Source: Marsupella aquatica | Taxonomy: Eukaryota; Plantae; Marchantiophyta | DNA length: 64,000 nt | Assembly (NCBI GenBank): GCA_973895155.1 | Contig: OZ316894.1 | Coordinates: 25,963,240 to 26,027,239 of the forward strand | Reading direction: 5' to 3' | In this document: piece after piece, positions 50,893 through 61,999 of the stretch | Position numbering within the stretch: the stretch's first letter is position 1 | Layout of the letters: each line of letters starts with the position of its first letter | Notes under the pieces: generated by a model | Databases searched by the model: none | What the model saw: only the letters and a program-made list of their open reading frames with translations | Told to the model about the DNA's origin: nothing | Translations under genes and position numbers: made by a program

Positions 50893-51740
50893 CAGATAAG
50901 GTTTGGAGCCACTACTGAGATCCAGCTCCAACTTCCCAGCCGAATACTAGCTCAGTATTGTCGTCATTTGTCTCGACGTTGTCCATACTCATCTCTCCTT
51001 CTGTGTCCGCATCGACGACTTGACGCACATGTTTTTTGGATGCATCGTTAGAGTAACCGCGAGTACAGGTCTCCAATGATTGCACTTGCCATGATTGACC
51101 ACCTTACATGATCTCCATCCATGGGCTGGACCCCAGGAAAAAAATCATGTAACTTGACTTCTGTCGTCCCCCACACACCCGCACAAATCTGGTTCTCTAT
51201 TACATGCCTTGGTGTCCCGTTGGCTGGTTCCTGCAATTTTCTTTAAGTCATCTAGAAGAGAAGACTTCTTTAAGTGTTTACTCAGCCAGGGGGGACCACA
51301 GCCTCCAGCCATACTGGGTGGCGGGCCTGGTCAAGACGTGGATGACGCTCGTGCTTGATTTTAAATTCTCTTTTGTTTCTCAAGCTTCTGGGCAAGGGCA
51401 TTACCATTCTGGATTCTGAACTTGATCCTATTCAGGTTAGCTATTCAGGTCTGTTGAGCGATTGGGTTATTATTTTATTGCTGTAGTAACATGCATGGCC
51501 AATTGGTTGTCTTCATGTAATGGGAAGTTTTTGAAACTTAGAAATTGAATGGTGGTTTCAATTTTGTTCACAGGTTGCAAAAGGAATTGTAGAGGTTGTC
51601 ATCAGCGCTTGCAGCAGTGAGCACCAACACTTGCGGTGAAGCAGTTTGCTAGAACACATAGTGTACCTAGTGAATTGTAAGTTGCCTGTCATTGCACGTC
51701 TAATCGTCTGGCCATTCACCGAGTATAAAAAAATAGTGCC

Positions 51741-52139
51741 ATGGCTATATTGGGCATTACATTAGAAGCGAATTATGAGAAGCTCCTTCTGCAGCATCCA
51801 GATGAATGCTGCTGGTGTGAACCTTGTGTCAAGTGCAGGGTTGGTGATGGGAATTTTGAATGGTTCCATTGCTTCTGCTTGAAAATGCGTGGAAGGCTTG
51901 TTACTAGGACATACATGGGAAAGCATGGCAAAGTTGTCACACGTCGTTGGAAGTGCTCTTGTATAAGGCCAACCATTTGGCCTCAAAATGAGTGTCTTTT
52001 ACGCAAGATTGTCATCCCGGACACGCTTGACATTGTAGTCCCTGATAGTATTCCACATTCAACTGAGCTTGATATTGTAGCCCCAGATAGTATATCAGAT
52101 CAAGCTAAGGTTACAACCCATGGATGCTTGACATTGTAG
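51741..52139 (+). CDS. Small Cys-rich ORF, possibly a degenerate PHD-like finger
   Basis: CCWCEPC..C...EWFHCFC...WKC.C. Confidence 0.35.
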   Translation: MAILGITLEANYEKLLLQHPDECCWCEPCVKCRVGDGNFEWFHCFCLKMRGRLVTRTYMGKHGKVVTRRWKCSCIRPTIWPQNECLLRKIVIPDTLDIVVPDSIPHSTELDIVAPDSISDQAKVTTHGCLTL

Positions 52140-52455
52140 TCCTTGATAGTACATGGATGCGTTGTTCATATATGACTAGGCCTTTGTTTGCAAGGCTGCA
52201 ATTGTACCATCCATGATATATGAGAATATTTTTCATTCCCATTATGTGGCAAAGTTTTGCAAGCTGGCATTGTATTTATGTATGTCTTGGTTGGTGGGTG
52301 TTCAGGTTGCACTGTGTAGTTGACTTCATCTGGGAGGGAGGTTTGCAGATCATTGGAGCAGGTGCTATGATTAACCTTATCTTTGTCTATGGATTGCTCA
52401 CTATCATCATGTCCCCCTCATATGTGATGTGCTTTGTGATGATTGCAGTTGAACC

Positions 52456-53130
52456 ATGCCGACAAGGACTTCAAACATAAAGAAAGCAACACAGTCCTCT
52501 GACAGAGGAGCCTCTTTGGAAGAGGTATTGCGTATTCCGTTGTTCTCTGAGCAAGAGATTCTACAAACTAGCCCTCATGTTTGTGCAATTTGTGAGCATG
52601 GTGGGAAGTTGGTAATTTGTGATGGGCCATGTCACAGGCAATTTCATTATGTGGTTGGAGATGAAGCCCCTAATGACTCTTGCCCCTGTGTAGTCCTTCC
52701 CCTCCATCATGGAGGGAAGCCATGGTTTTGCCCAAATTGTAACCAGGACCAGGCCATGTGTTATGGGTGCCGCACTGTGGGACCGTCACCTACAATTGTG
52801 CGAAAATGCTCTGATCATTTTTGTGTACGATTTTATTGCTTTGGGTGTTTGGTAGCTGATGCAAAGTCCTGCCCACTGCATACATGTGTGACATGTTATC
52901 AGAGTCTTGAGGGTCAGATGGTCAAGAACATGGTACAATGTCTACGATGTCCAAATGCCTGGCATACAGATTGTCTCCAGATGATCAAAAGCAAAGGGTT
53001 CGCTCATGATAGGGACATCTGGGACCATGAAGCACATGGACAACAGCGACAGATGTTTTATTGCCCCCGTCATCCTATTGATCCACACCTCAAGACTCCA
53101 ATCAGGGACCACATTTCATGGCTCCAATGA
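52456..53130 (+). CDS. Stand-alone EDM2-type multi-PHD zinc finger protein
   Basis: VCAICEHGGKLVICDGPCHRQFH..WFCPNC..CPLHTC..CLRCPNAWH..C..FYCPRHPIDPHLKTPIRDHI; the tail resembles the end of the EDM2 PHD region. Confidence 0.85.
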   Translation: MPTRTSNIKKATQSSDRGASLEEVLRIPLFSEQEILQTSPHVCAICEHGGKLVICDGPCHRQFHYVVGDEAPNDSCPCVVLPLHHGGKPWFCPNCNQDQAMCYGCRTVGPSPTIVRKCSDHFCVRFYCFGCLVADAKSCPLHTCVTCYQSLEGQMVKNMVQCLRCPNAWHTDCLQMIKSKGFAHDRDIWDHEAHGQQRQMFYCPRHPIDPHLKTPIRDHISWLQ

Positions 53131-53625
53131 TCTGAATAATGAACAAACCTATTACTTAGGTTTCAACGTCTTAGTGGGGTATGAGCAAGGCACATACTTA
53201 AGGTGCATCATGGGTGGTAGTACCCAATTTTATTAGTGTTGACATTTTGTCATAATTAAGGTCACTAATAGTGCTGCATTTTGATGAGCAGAAGCACTAA
53301 ACTTCGGGAATTGTTAGAAAAGCAGGCGAAAAGGATATTTTGTCCAAAGATATTTTATCCAACTTTAGCGGTATATCATGATTTTCACTGAATACATTTG
53401 CATGTATGATGGATTGCATTATAAAGTGTTTTGGCCTATTAGCACTTCTATTGTTAAATGTATGCTGACATTATGTACATTACATGAGAATGTGTATGTT
53501 GTCATTGCATCTCTTGAAGATCCTAATGTGTTTCCCTTGTGTGTATTTCAAATGTATTTGTGCAGGTCTTTCTGTTATCAACTCCAAAAGCAATGGTGCT
53601 ATGCATGTTCTAGATTTGTATTGCA

Positions 53626-56600
53626 ATGGCAGCCCCTAAACCCAACTCTGTTAAATTAATACGCAAAGTTGGGGATGACAAGGCTGATTTACCAATTTGT
53701 GTTTTGTCATTCAAAGAAGGACACACCCTACATGATTTTAGGGCTCGTATTGCCTCTACTCTAGACTTTGACTTTGATTTTTGGGATGAGAGACTTCCTG
53801 GTCGAGTGAAACTTGTACATGAGAAATTAATTGATCTGTCTGAGCTGGATGGAAGAGTTATTGTTGTACAACAAGAACTTGGAGATGGTGGGAGGATCCC
53901 ACCAGTACCCTGTCATCCTTGCACTCCTGCATCATTGGGTCCAAATACTGGGACACCACAACTGGGGCCAACGGCACTAGCACCCTCCCCTGTAAGGGCT
54001 TCTTTTGAGTCACAATTGATGGGAGATGTCCCATCAAAGCTATGGAAAGATGAGTGGATGAGGTTAGAGAAATGGGTACATAAGAAGGGTTATGGTGATC
54101 ACAATTGGAGAATTCGTACCTGGGATGAGGGGACAGATGTTCGAGGGCATCTGGAGTGTCTTGAATGTAGGGAAACTTATGGCAATGCAGACAACTCTCA
54201 GAACCCTAAATCCATCTCCAATTGCTTTAGTAATTTTAAGACCAAACACTTGGTCTTCAATAAGCACAAGGATAACTATTGTCGGAGAAGGGGCATTCCT
54301 TCTACTTTGGTTCAGGTAGCAGACATCTCTGAGAAGCCAGAATATGATCATGCAGACGCCATCAAAGTAGGTGTTGAGATAGTTCAACGATTGAATGCTG
54401 AGCTTGGGGATGATGGCAAACTATTCTCTATTGTTCCTGATCCCAGTACTCCTGAGTATGTAAACAGGTCTTTCCTGTTTAAGGTTCGATGTACTGTCTG
54501 TGGAATGCTTCACACTGACTTGTGCCCCAAGAAGCTTACCTTGGAGCCCAATTTGAGGACACACTTAGTGAGTCGAGATCACTTGGATGCATTGGAGACT
54601 AGGCATGACACAAAAATGCTTGCCTTGAGGTCTGGGAAGAGGGGCAGGCCAAAGAGGACTGATTCTAGGGACCTACATCCTGGTCAGAGCGGGATTTTGA
54701 AGTTCTTTAAAGATGATGGGTCCCGGACAGGCAGCAGTTCAGGTTCAGGTTCAGGTGTGTGTGAATCTGTTGATCTTGGTCTGAGTTTGCTTTGCTGGGG
54801 ATTATGGGTAGAGAGAGGTGTGCCTCGACTGTTATGGAAGGGTATATCTTATGATATTTCTGGCATTTTAGATGATCAGTCTGGGGGAATTACATGGCAT
54901 TGTGAGCCAAGTTGTTGCTTGGATGTTTTCCATCCAAGTAGAGAGAGTGTTGTGAGTATAGCAGGCTGTTTTAGACACAAGGATTGCTTGAGGTTATCAC
55001 AGAATGGAGGAGGATTTGAAAATCTAACTTGTAGTGAATGTGATTCTATAACACTAGAAGATGATTTTCGTGGACGGGTGCACAGGGAAGCGGAAGCAGT
55101 AGTCCACAGAGGGAGCCGAACCACTGCTGGTGGTATACGTTTGGATTATTTGACCAACACAGAGTTAAGAGATCAAGTGCACAACCTGAACTCTGTGCGA
55201 CGAAAAGAGCGTTGGTTGTTAGCTTTGCAGGCTCAGAAAGTATGTGCCTTGAGCACCAGGAAACGAAAACTAGAGGAGTTGTTAGGAGTTGCAGCAGACA
55301 GGAAGGATTTGAGATTGTTTCTTAGGAGTATTTTGAATGGACACAGGAATGGTGCATTTGGTGGTAAGGAGGGTTTGTGGGATTTCTTGAAGGATGTAGC
55401 TCGCAATTTAGGCAGGAAGCCAAAAGGTAATCGTTACAGTAATAGGACTCGAGCTATTGCTCAGGCTATGTTCCAATTTGGGGGCCGTCAAGTTGCTCAT
55501 TGTTTTGCACGAAACTTGACAGCCCCTAGCCTTGTGACCCTAAAACGTGATAGAGCAAAACTCACACCTTTTCGAACCGGGTTACGGAAGGAAACCTTTC
55601 AGGAGATTGCTAGAGTGTTGTCTGCTGCAAAGCACTCATTGGGCATTGAGGGGGATGTGCCTGTTATCTTTGCTGAGGATGAAACAAGGATCAAAGAACG
55701 CCCTAGGTAATTGGAACTGGACATTTTTCCAATTGTTTTTTTAATGACTTTACAAGTAGCACTTGGCTGGAATTGCTGTGATATTGAAAAATTGCATGTC
55801 TGTGTTTCAGGTGGGAGGCAAAGTATGATACTCTCATTGGTTTCTGTGGACCTTCAGAGCAGCATGTATGCTCCTATGGTTTGGAAATTCTAGTTGGTGA
55901 AGGTGATGAGGGGTATGATAAAATTGTAAGTACATTTGAACAATGCCCCAAGTGCATGTATGCCCGAGTTGTGATTGTGAATCCTCTGCATGAGTCCTTA
56001 CCTAAATTGGCTGTGTGTGCACTTCCAACTTGTAATAAGTTCACAGCTTCTTGGGTACGAGAGCATTGGGTCCAGTTAAAGGCTTTTTGGGATGAATATT
56101 GTAGAGCTATGGTAGGCCCTTTGCTTGGACATGCTAGTGATGGTGATGCACGTCGCCGAAAGCTGATGCTGGAAGATTACAGAGGGCAGAATGGATCATA
56201 CCCAAGGTACGGAGTTGGGTGGGAAGGGTGGACATACTCTATTTCAATTCTACCAAATGGAGATTTGTATGGCTTTGGTGACCAAGACCAACCTCATAAT
56301 GGGAAAAAGATGATAAACCCCTTAGACAGAGTGTCTTCTTTACTGGTGCTAGGAGATCAACATGCATCTTTATCTTATGTAGCTAATGTCTACAATCATT
56401 ATCCAATTCATGAACATGGCATGGCTTGGGATGATGTGAATAGGACTGACCGGCAGAATTGGGCAGGTCCACAACGAATAGCAGCAAGAAGAGTGCAGCA
56501 ATGTCTGAAAGATATGTATGAGAGGAGAGATGTACAACATGAACGAAGTTTAGGAACTCAGTTGTACTTGGAGATTTGTGCAGATTACTTAGATATTTTC

Positions 56601-58202
56601 TTTTCTCCAGTTCATGATTTGAGGTCCCGTATTGTGTTAGCATCCAAGGTTTCATTCTTTCTACGTTTGTGGAGATTGTGGTTGAGGTTTGGTGACCATT
56701 CAGTGGGTGGGAACTTTGCAGCACACACTGAGAAAGACATGATGTCTATTCAGGCTTTTCATGATGTTAACATGTCATGTCATTTCATTGTGCTGTTAAT
56801 TTGTGCCTTTCGAGATAAGTTCCCACATCTAGGTGTTCCCTTCCACTTGCTAGGTTCAGATTGTTGTGAGATTTTCTTCAGCAAGGTAGGAGGCATGAGT
56901 GGCCATGAGCGGAATTATGATTTTGGCTCTCTATTGGATAGTGCTGTTGGACTGAACCGGCTTGCTGCCCTAGAATATGGACCAGAAGGCTTGAAGATAG
57001 GTCGTTCACATAAGAAACAAGATCATGTATGGGGGAAGATTCATCCTATAGGGGAAGGGGAGGAAGCACCAAATCTACTTGACTATTCTCTCATTGAGAC
57101 TAATGAATTAGTGGTTGCAGCCCTTAAAGAAGGTTTTGTTGCTGCTAAGGATCTTATGCATCAATTGCAGATGTCTCCACGAAGTTCCTTACCAGCAGCT
57201 AGAAAGAGATGGTGGACATGTCCTTGGGTTGTGGAAAGTGAGACCTGGCCACTAGAGGTGGTTCTGAAGGAAGCAATTGTTTGCAATGATTCTGAGGAGC
57301 AAGTAGAGCACCAACCACCAAACATAGGTCCTCGCCCAACTGGAGATTTTCATGAATTGGAAGATCCTGAGGATGATCTGAATAGAATAGATGCATGGTT
57401 AACAGAACCAGATCCCATTGTTGTTCCTGAGATGCATTCAGATGATGTACACAGAGATGATATACAGTTTGATGTAGACCCCTCAGATGAGCTTGAGACA
57501 TTAGGTCATGAAGTTCGGCATGTGTTTGGATCAGTTGTCCATGCTGTAACTAATGTACAGAATCGTACCAAGGTAGTGCCTACTGTTACTTATGAAGGCA
57601 AGGTGATTTACAAATCCACTCTGGTAAGCCAGTTGGTAGGAAATCCGCATTTGTCAAAAGATAGGCTGACAAGGGTGAAACAAGTGCTATACTATAGTAC
57701 TGGCAAGAGAAAAGTGCAAGAAGTCAATCCTAACTCATGTTTTGTTGATGTTGGCACTGATTGTGCAATTGCATTTGAGTCTGATGATAGTCCTGCTCCA
57801 AGTACTAGATCTGGAAAAAGAAAGGGAGGAAAGAATAAGGTTGTGGTGGAGGCAATCTCAGCAGGTAAGAAATATTTTTGGTTGGGTCGGATTGTCCAAA
57901 TGAGACAGAAGTATGGCAGTAGGTGGGGCAATTGTCGGTCACCAATTGATTTGATGGATAGGCCAACTCCACTTGCAGGGCAATCAGGTAACATTTGTGA
58001 ACTGTTGTTAAATTGGTATAGTCCTATTGGTAAGAGCAAAAGTGAATTCAGATATGATACCACTGATTTGAAATGGATGGATATTGAAATGGTCATTGCT
58101 AGTGTTAGTTTAACCATGAAAGAAGGGGTTATGGATCGTATCTATGTGTTGGATCCAATAGATAGACGTGCTTTGGATCAGTATCTTCAAACAATGGTAT
58201 GA
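53626..58202 (+). CDS. P-element-like DDE transposase, 2 exons (53626-55706, 55811-58202), ~1490 aa
   Basis: 104-bp GT-AG intron joins ERPR|WEAKYD; same motifs as copy A. Confidence 0.88.
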
Positions 58203-58215
58203 ATATCATGTTACT

Positions 58216-58295
58216 GTTTAGTTTTTGAGAGTCTGTATATATGTTTTATTTTGTTGTTTAGTTTTTGAGAGTCTGTATATATGTTTTATTTTGTT
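58216..58295. repeat. 40-bp tandem duplication, T-rich
   Basis: gtttagtttttgagagtctgtatatatgttttattttgtt twice. Confidence 0.9.
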
Positions 58296-58328
58296 AATAT
58301 TAGTGGGTGTAGTGGGATAGGATAGGGG

Positions 58329-58388
58329 GTGACGGATTGGCAACTTGAGATCCTTTCTCAATTAGGGGTTCAATTCCCCTCCGTCACA
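58329..58388 (+). ncRNA. tRNA-like (mascRNA-like) structure in the transposase 3' region, copy B
   Basis: GTGACGG-ATTGGCAAC-TTGAGA-TCCTT-TCTCAA-TT-AGGGG-TTCAATT-CCCCT-CCGTCAC-A. Confidence 0.78.
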
Positions 58389-58849
58389 TGTTACATCTCT
58401 CAACATAAGTTTTAAATGGAGTATGGATGGAGCATGGGATTGGTGATCAATGGGTGGAATGGATTATTTATGTTGTGACCTTAAAGGCCATCCCACTTAT
58501 GCACGTAAGGTTTATATTGGGATGACCTTTTAGGTACACAATATAAATGATGCATTGAAATGATCAAAGTTTAAGGTCGACAAAGGTGCAAGAACTGTTG
58601 CAGGGCGTGCCATGTCTGACATACGACTTCACAAGGTACTGACATAGACTTATCTTTTCTTTCTAGGCATTTTATATTGATATGTGACACTTTACTTCAC
58701 AAATTATAGGGGCAATACAATTTGGATTTTAGACTCTTAGAAGAAAGAAAGAGGGAGGAAAAAAAAATTTCAACTTAATAAGTATGGGGGTCTAGGCATG
58801 AAAACGTCGCAGGTGATGGGGGGGTCCTCCATATAGTGAGACCCCCGAG

Positions 58850-60125
58850 ACTGTGATTTATGCTTAGACAAGCCAAAATCACATAAACCAACATACACCT
58901 TAATAGCCACATCGTGCTCGTGATCGAAATGAAGAAGGATGTTTCCAAAGTGAAGATCACAATGAAATCGATCATGCTCATGCAAGTATTGCAGTGTCTC
59001 CAGCAAAGCCAAGGCGATTCCCAACCGGTTCTCCAACAAGAGTTTCTTCTCCGAAATAAACTTGAAATCAAGGTCCGTCGTGATCTGTGCCTTCCCCTTG
59101 CTCTTTGACGATATGCCGCACTTATCAATAAAGCTACCCAAGTCACCTCCATTATAGTGATTGTAAATAAGTTTTGGCGGATCCTCAATAGTCAACGCAA
59201 GAGCTCCAACGATTCCCTTATGATTCAGTCCTCCCATAAGCACTTCTTGTAATGCGTCAGTTCGTCTCTTATGCTTGTCTCCATCCTTGAACCGCTTTGC
59301 GACTAAGGTCACGTTGACGGGAATGAGAGGACAATGTAATATACGACAAGTGTATACCTCTCCTTGGATTCCTTTCCCAATGCGACGTGTGTTGTGCACC
59401 TGCTCAGGTTTAAGAAAATGGATACTCCTAACCTCTGGAACTACACGCGATGGACGTGTTCCTTTTCGAGCACTTTTGATGCTGACATCCCCAAAGTGCA
59501 CAATCTCGTTAGCATATTTGACATTGCTATCAGATTTTGCCATTGCCAACTCCTTACTCCACTTCACTAGCAATTCTCTCTTGTGTGTGTACATCCCGGG
59601 GTTTCCAAGCAATGTAGTGTCACCCTCTTCCACTTTGGCTGCCAAATTATCCCAAACATGCTTCTCCAAGTTGAGTGCCAAATTTTCCAGAAATCCTCCC
59701 GGTTTCTCAGTTTCATCTTCAAATGACTTCATTTGCTCTCGTGTGAAATTGTCCTCCTTTTGTACACTTTCCCGCATACAACGGGTTATCTCACCAAGAA
59801 AGTTCTTGTATCCTTTCTCTCCGTGTCTTGTGAACTCCCTCTCGAACCCGTCCACCCCATACTGTTTCGGTTGAGTGTAGTGATAAAGTATCTCTTTCCA
59901 TATCGACACTACCACATTGTGTCGAACTTGTTTTGCCTCTTCGTTTGCCCCCTTCCGTTTTCGTTTCCCGGCCACTTTGCTAGAATTCCTAGCATGTTCG
60001 AGAGTGTTTCGAGCATTCTTCAATGCATCCAGAGCAACAAGATTCGGCTCATATCCCTCATTCACATGTTTTGTGATCATCTCCAACACTTGCCTATACT
60101 CTAAACTAAAATTTTCGATGACCAT
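58850..60125 (-). pseudogene. Protein kinase, N-terminal part (reconstituted ORF 551 aa; hAT cargo)
   Basis: IGKGIQGEVY, VAKRF, HCDLHFGNILL, DFG. Confidence 0.88.
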
Positions 60126-60352
60126 GTTTTCCCTTCACAAAAGGAATATGTGAGGGAGGAACAAGATCTTACCGGGATTTAAATAAAATCCTTCCAATAA
60201 GGATTCAACGACCAACCTGAAAATTACAAGTCGTATTGTTATTATCTTTTCCCGGTTTATTTCTCCCATGCATTATGTATTTTTATTGCACACATGATTT
60301 TAATTACCTTTCTATATAACAACAATAAAAGAGAAAGACAACACTTGTGAAA

Positions 60353-60681
60353 TATCGCAGACCGAGTGGACGCTCAAAGCATGCGCACAAAAGTGTTCTT
60401 TTCTTTCAAAGTTGTTATATTCCTGCTTCAACATATGTGATTTGGTGTCTATAACTTAACACTCATTTGTATTTCAAGTAAAAACATTCTCGGCGAATCG
60501 TGGTATCCATGCAAAGTATCGCAGACCGAGCCGAAACTCTAAGCATGCGTACATGGATTCCTCTATCTCCGCAAATGTTTTACTTAATGAACAAAGGAGA
60601 CTAAATTGTTAAGGTGATATTAAGAAATTCTTGTACGGAGTATCGCAAACCGAACCGAGGCTCAAAGCGTGTGCGTACAAG
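60353..60681 (-). promoter_or_regulatory. Inverted copy of the three-motif block, upstream of the kinase
   Basis: Three copies of tatcgcagaccgag...ctcaaagcatgcg-like sequence with the same spacing as 31664-31995. Confidence 0.55.
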
Positions 60682-60817
60682 TGTTTCTTTATATCCCTCC
60701 ATTTGGCTCTAAGGTTAAGGTTTAAAACACAAAAAAAACTTAAAAAATCACAAAACAAAACACAAACAAATAAAAACAAACCAAAAATCAAAAATAAAAA
60801 CCAAAACCAAACACTTA

Positions 60818-61500
60818 CCTCCTCCTCTTCTCTTCCTCCTCCTCCTCCTCTCCTCCTCCTCCTCCTCCTCTCCTCTCCTCTCCTCCTCCTCTTCCTCCTC
60901 TCCTCCTCTCCTCCTTTCTGCAAAACCGAAAATGAGGAGGGAGAGGAGGGATCTCCTCCTTTTATCCTCTCCCGAGCCCCCGACCCTTTCCCGGCCGGCC
61001 CCATCCTCCAACCCTAAATCGCGAAACCCTAATTCTTCGAGCCTCAATCCCGAACCCCGAACTTCCGAACCCCGAACTGGACCCCGAACCCCGATCCCCA
61101 CCCGGACCCACCCCGGCCTCCCGGACCCGAACCCCACCCGGACCCCACCCCGAACCCCCACCGAGCGCCTCCGCCCCGGGCCCGGACCCCACCCGAACCC
61201 CCCGTACCTCCCGAACCCGAACCCCTCGGACCCGGACCCGAACCCCACCCGGAACCCCACCCGAACCCCCCGCACCTCCTCCTCCCGGACCCGAGCCGCA
61301 CCCGGACCCCACCCCGAACCCCCACCGAGCGGACCCGAACCCCACCCGGACCCCACCCCGAGCCCCCACCGAGCGCCTCCGCCCCGGACCCGGACCCGAT
61401 TAGTCACCCGGACCCCCACCCGAACCTCCTCCCGAACCTCCTCCCGAACCCGAACCCCGAACCGGACGTTTCCTTTCCCGGACTGCTTCCGAACCCGGGT
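60818..61500. repeat. Right subterminal region: (cct)n tract, aaccctaa motifs, C-rich cccggac/cccgaac array
   Basis: Directly visible. Confidence 0.9.
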
Positions 61501-61999
61501 GTCGGGTTGTCAATTTGCCGCTCTCAAACGCCCAGTTTGACGGGCAAGGTCAAACCGGGCATATATGTCAAATCTAGTACCGTAATCAGGGTATGCACTC
61601 ATTGATTTAAAGAAAATAAAGAGATTATTATCATGGTATGGAGTAATGTCATACAATTGTACACCGTATATGTCAAATCTAGTAATTGTCGATGATGATG
61701 GTACACGGTATTGATTGATAAAGACAGAATTGCTTCAACGTACACGATATTGATTGATAAAGACAGAATTGCTTCAACGTTCAAGCTGTACAATGTCATG
61801 TCCAATAGAAGGGTCATTTCATGCAGAGCGTACTTGAGAAGGTTTGGGTATTCGATCTACCAATATTTGCACAACTATAATTAATTGACGACCCACCTGA
61901 ACCTGAGCCCGTCCAATGCACTGGGTTCCATCTATATTTCAAAAGTGCTATATGGAATTGTCTTTCTTATATTCGCACAAGCTCAATACTCGTGTGTTG

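Larger units (their letters stand above)
49134..58849 (+). mobile_element. P-like DNA transposon, copy B (9716 bp)
   Basis: Perfect 15-bp TIR ctcgggggtctcact; TSD actgtgat at 49126-49133 and 58850-58857. Confidence 0.95.
30760..61559 (+). mobile_element. Large hAT DNA transposon (30.8 kb; ~11.5 kb without the two nested insertions)
   Basis: TSD catatatg at 30752-30759 and 61560-61567. Imperfect termini: cagggtttaatct versus reverse complement cccggtttgacct. GC-rich subterminal arrays and a hAT transposase. Confidence 0.85.

Noticed and set aside
58329-58388. Canonical tRNA gene
   Set aside because: No D stem or clear A box, and the loop is 5 nt rather than a 7-nt anticodon loop; kept as tRNA-like only.
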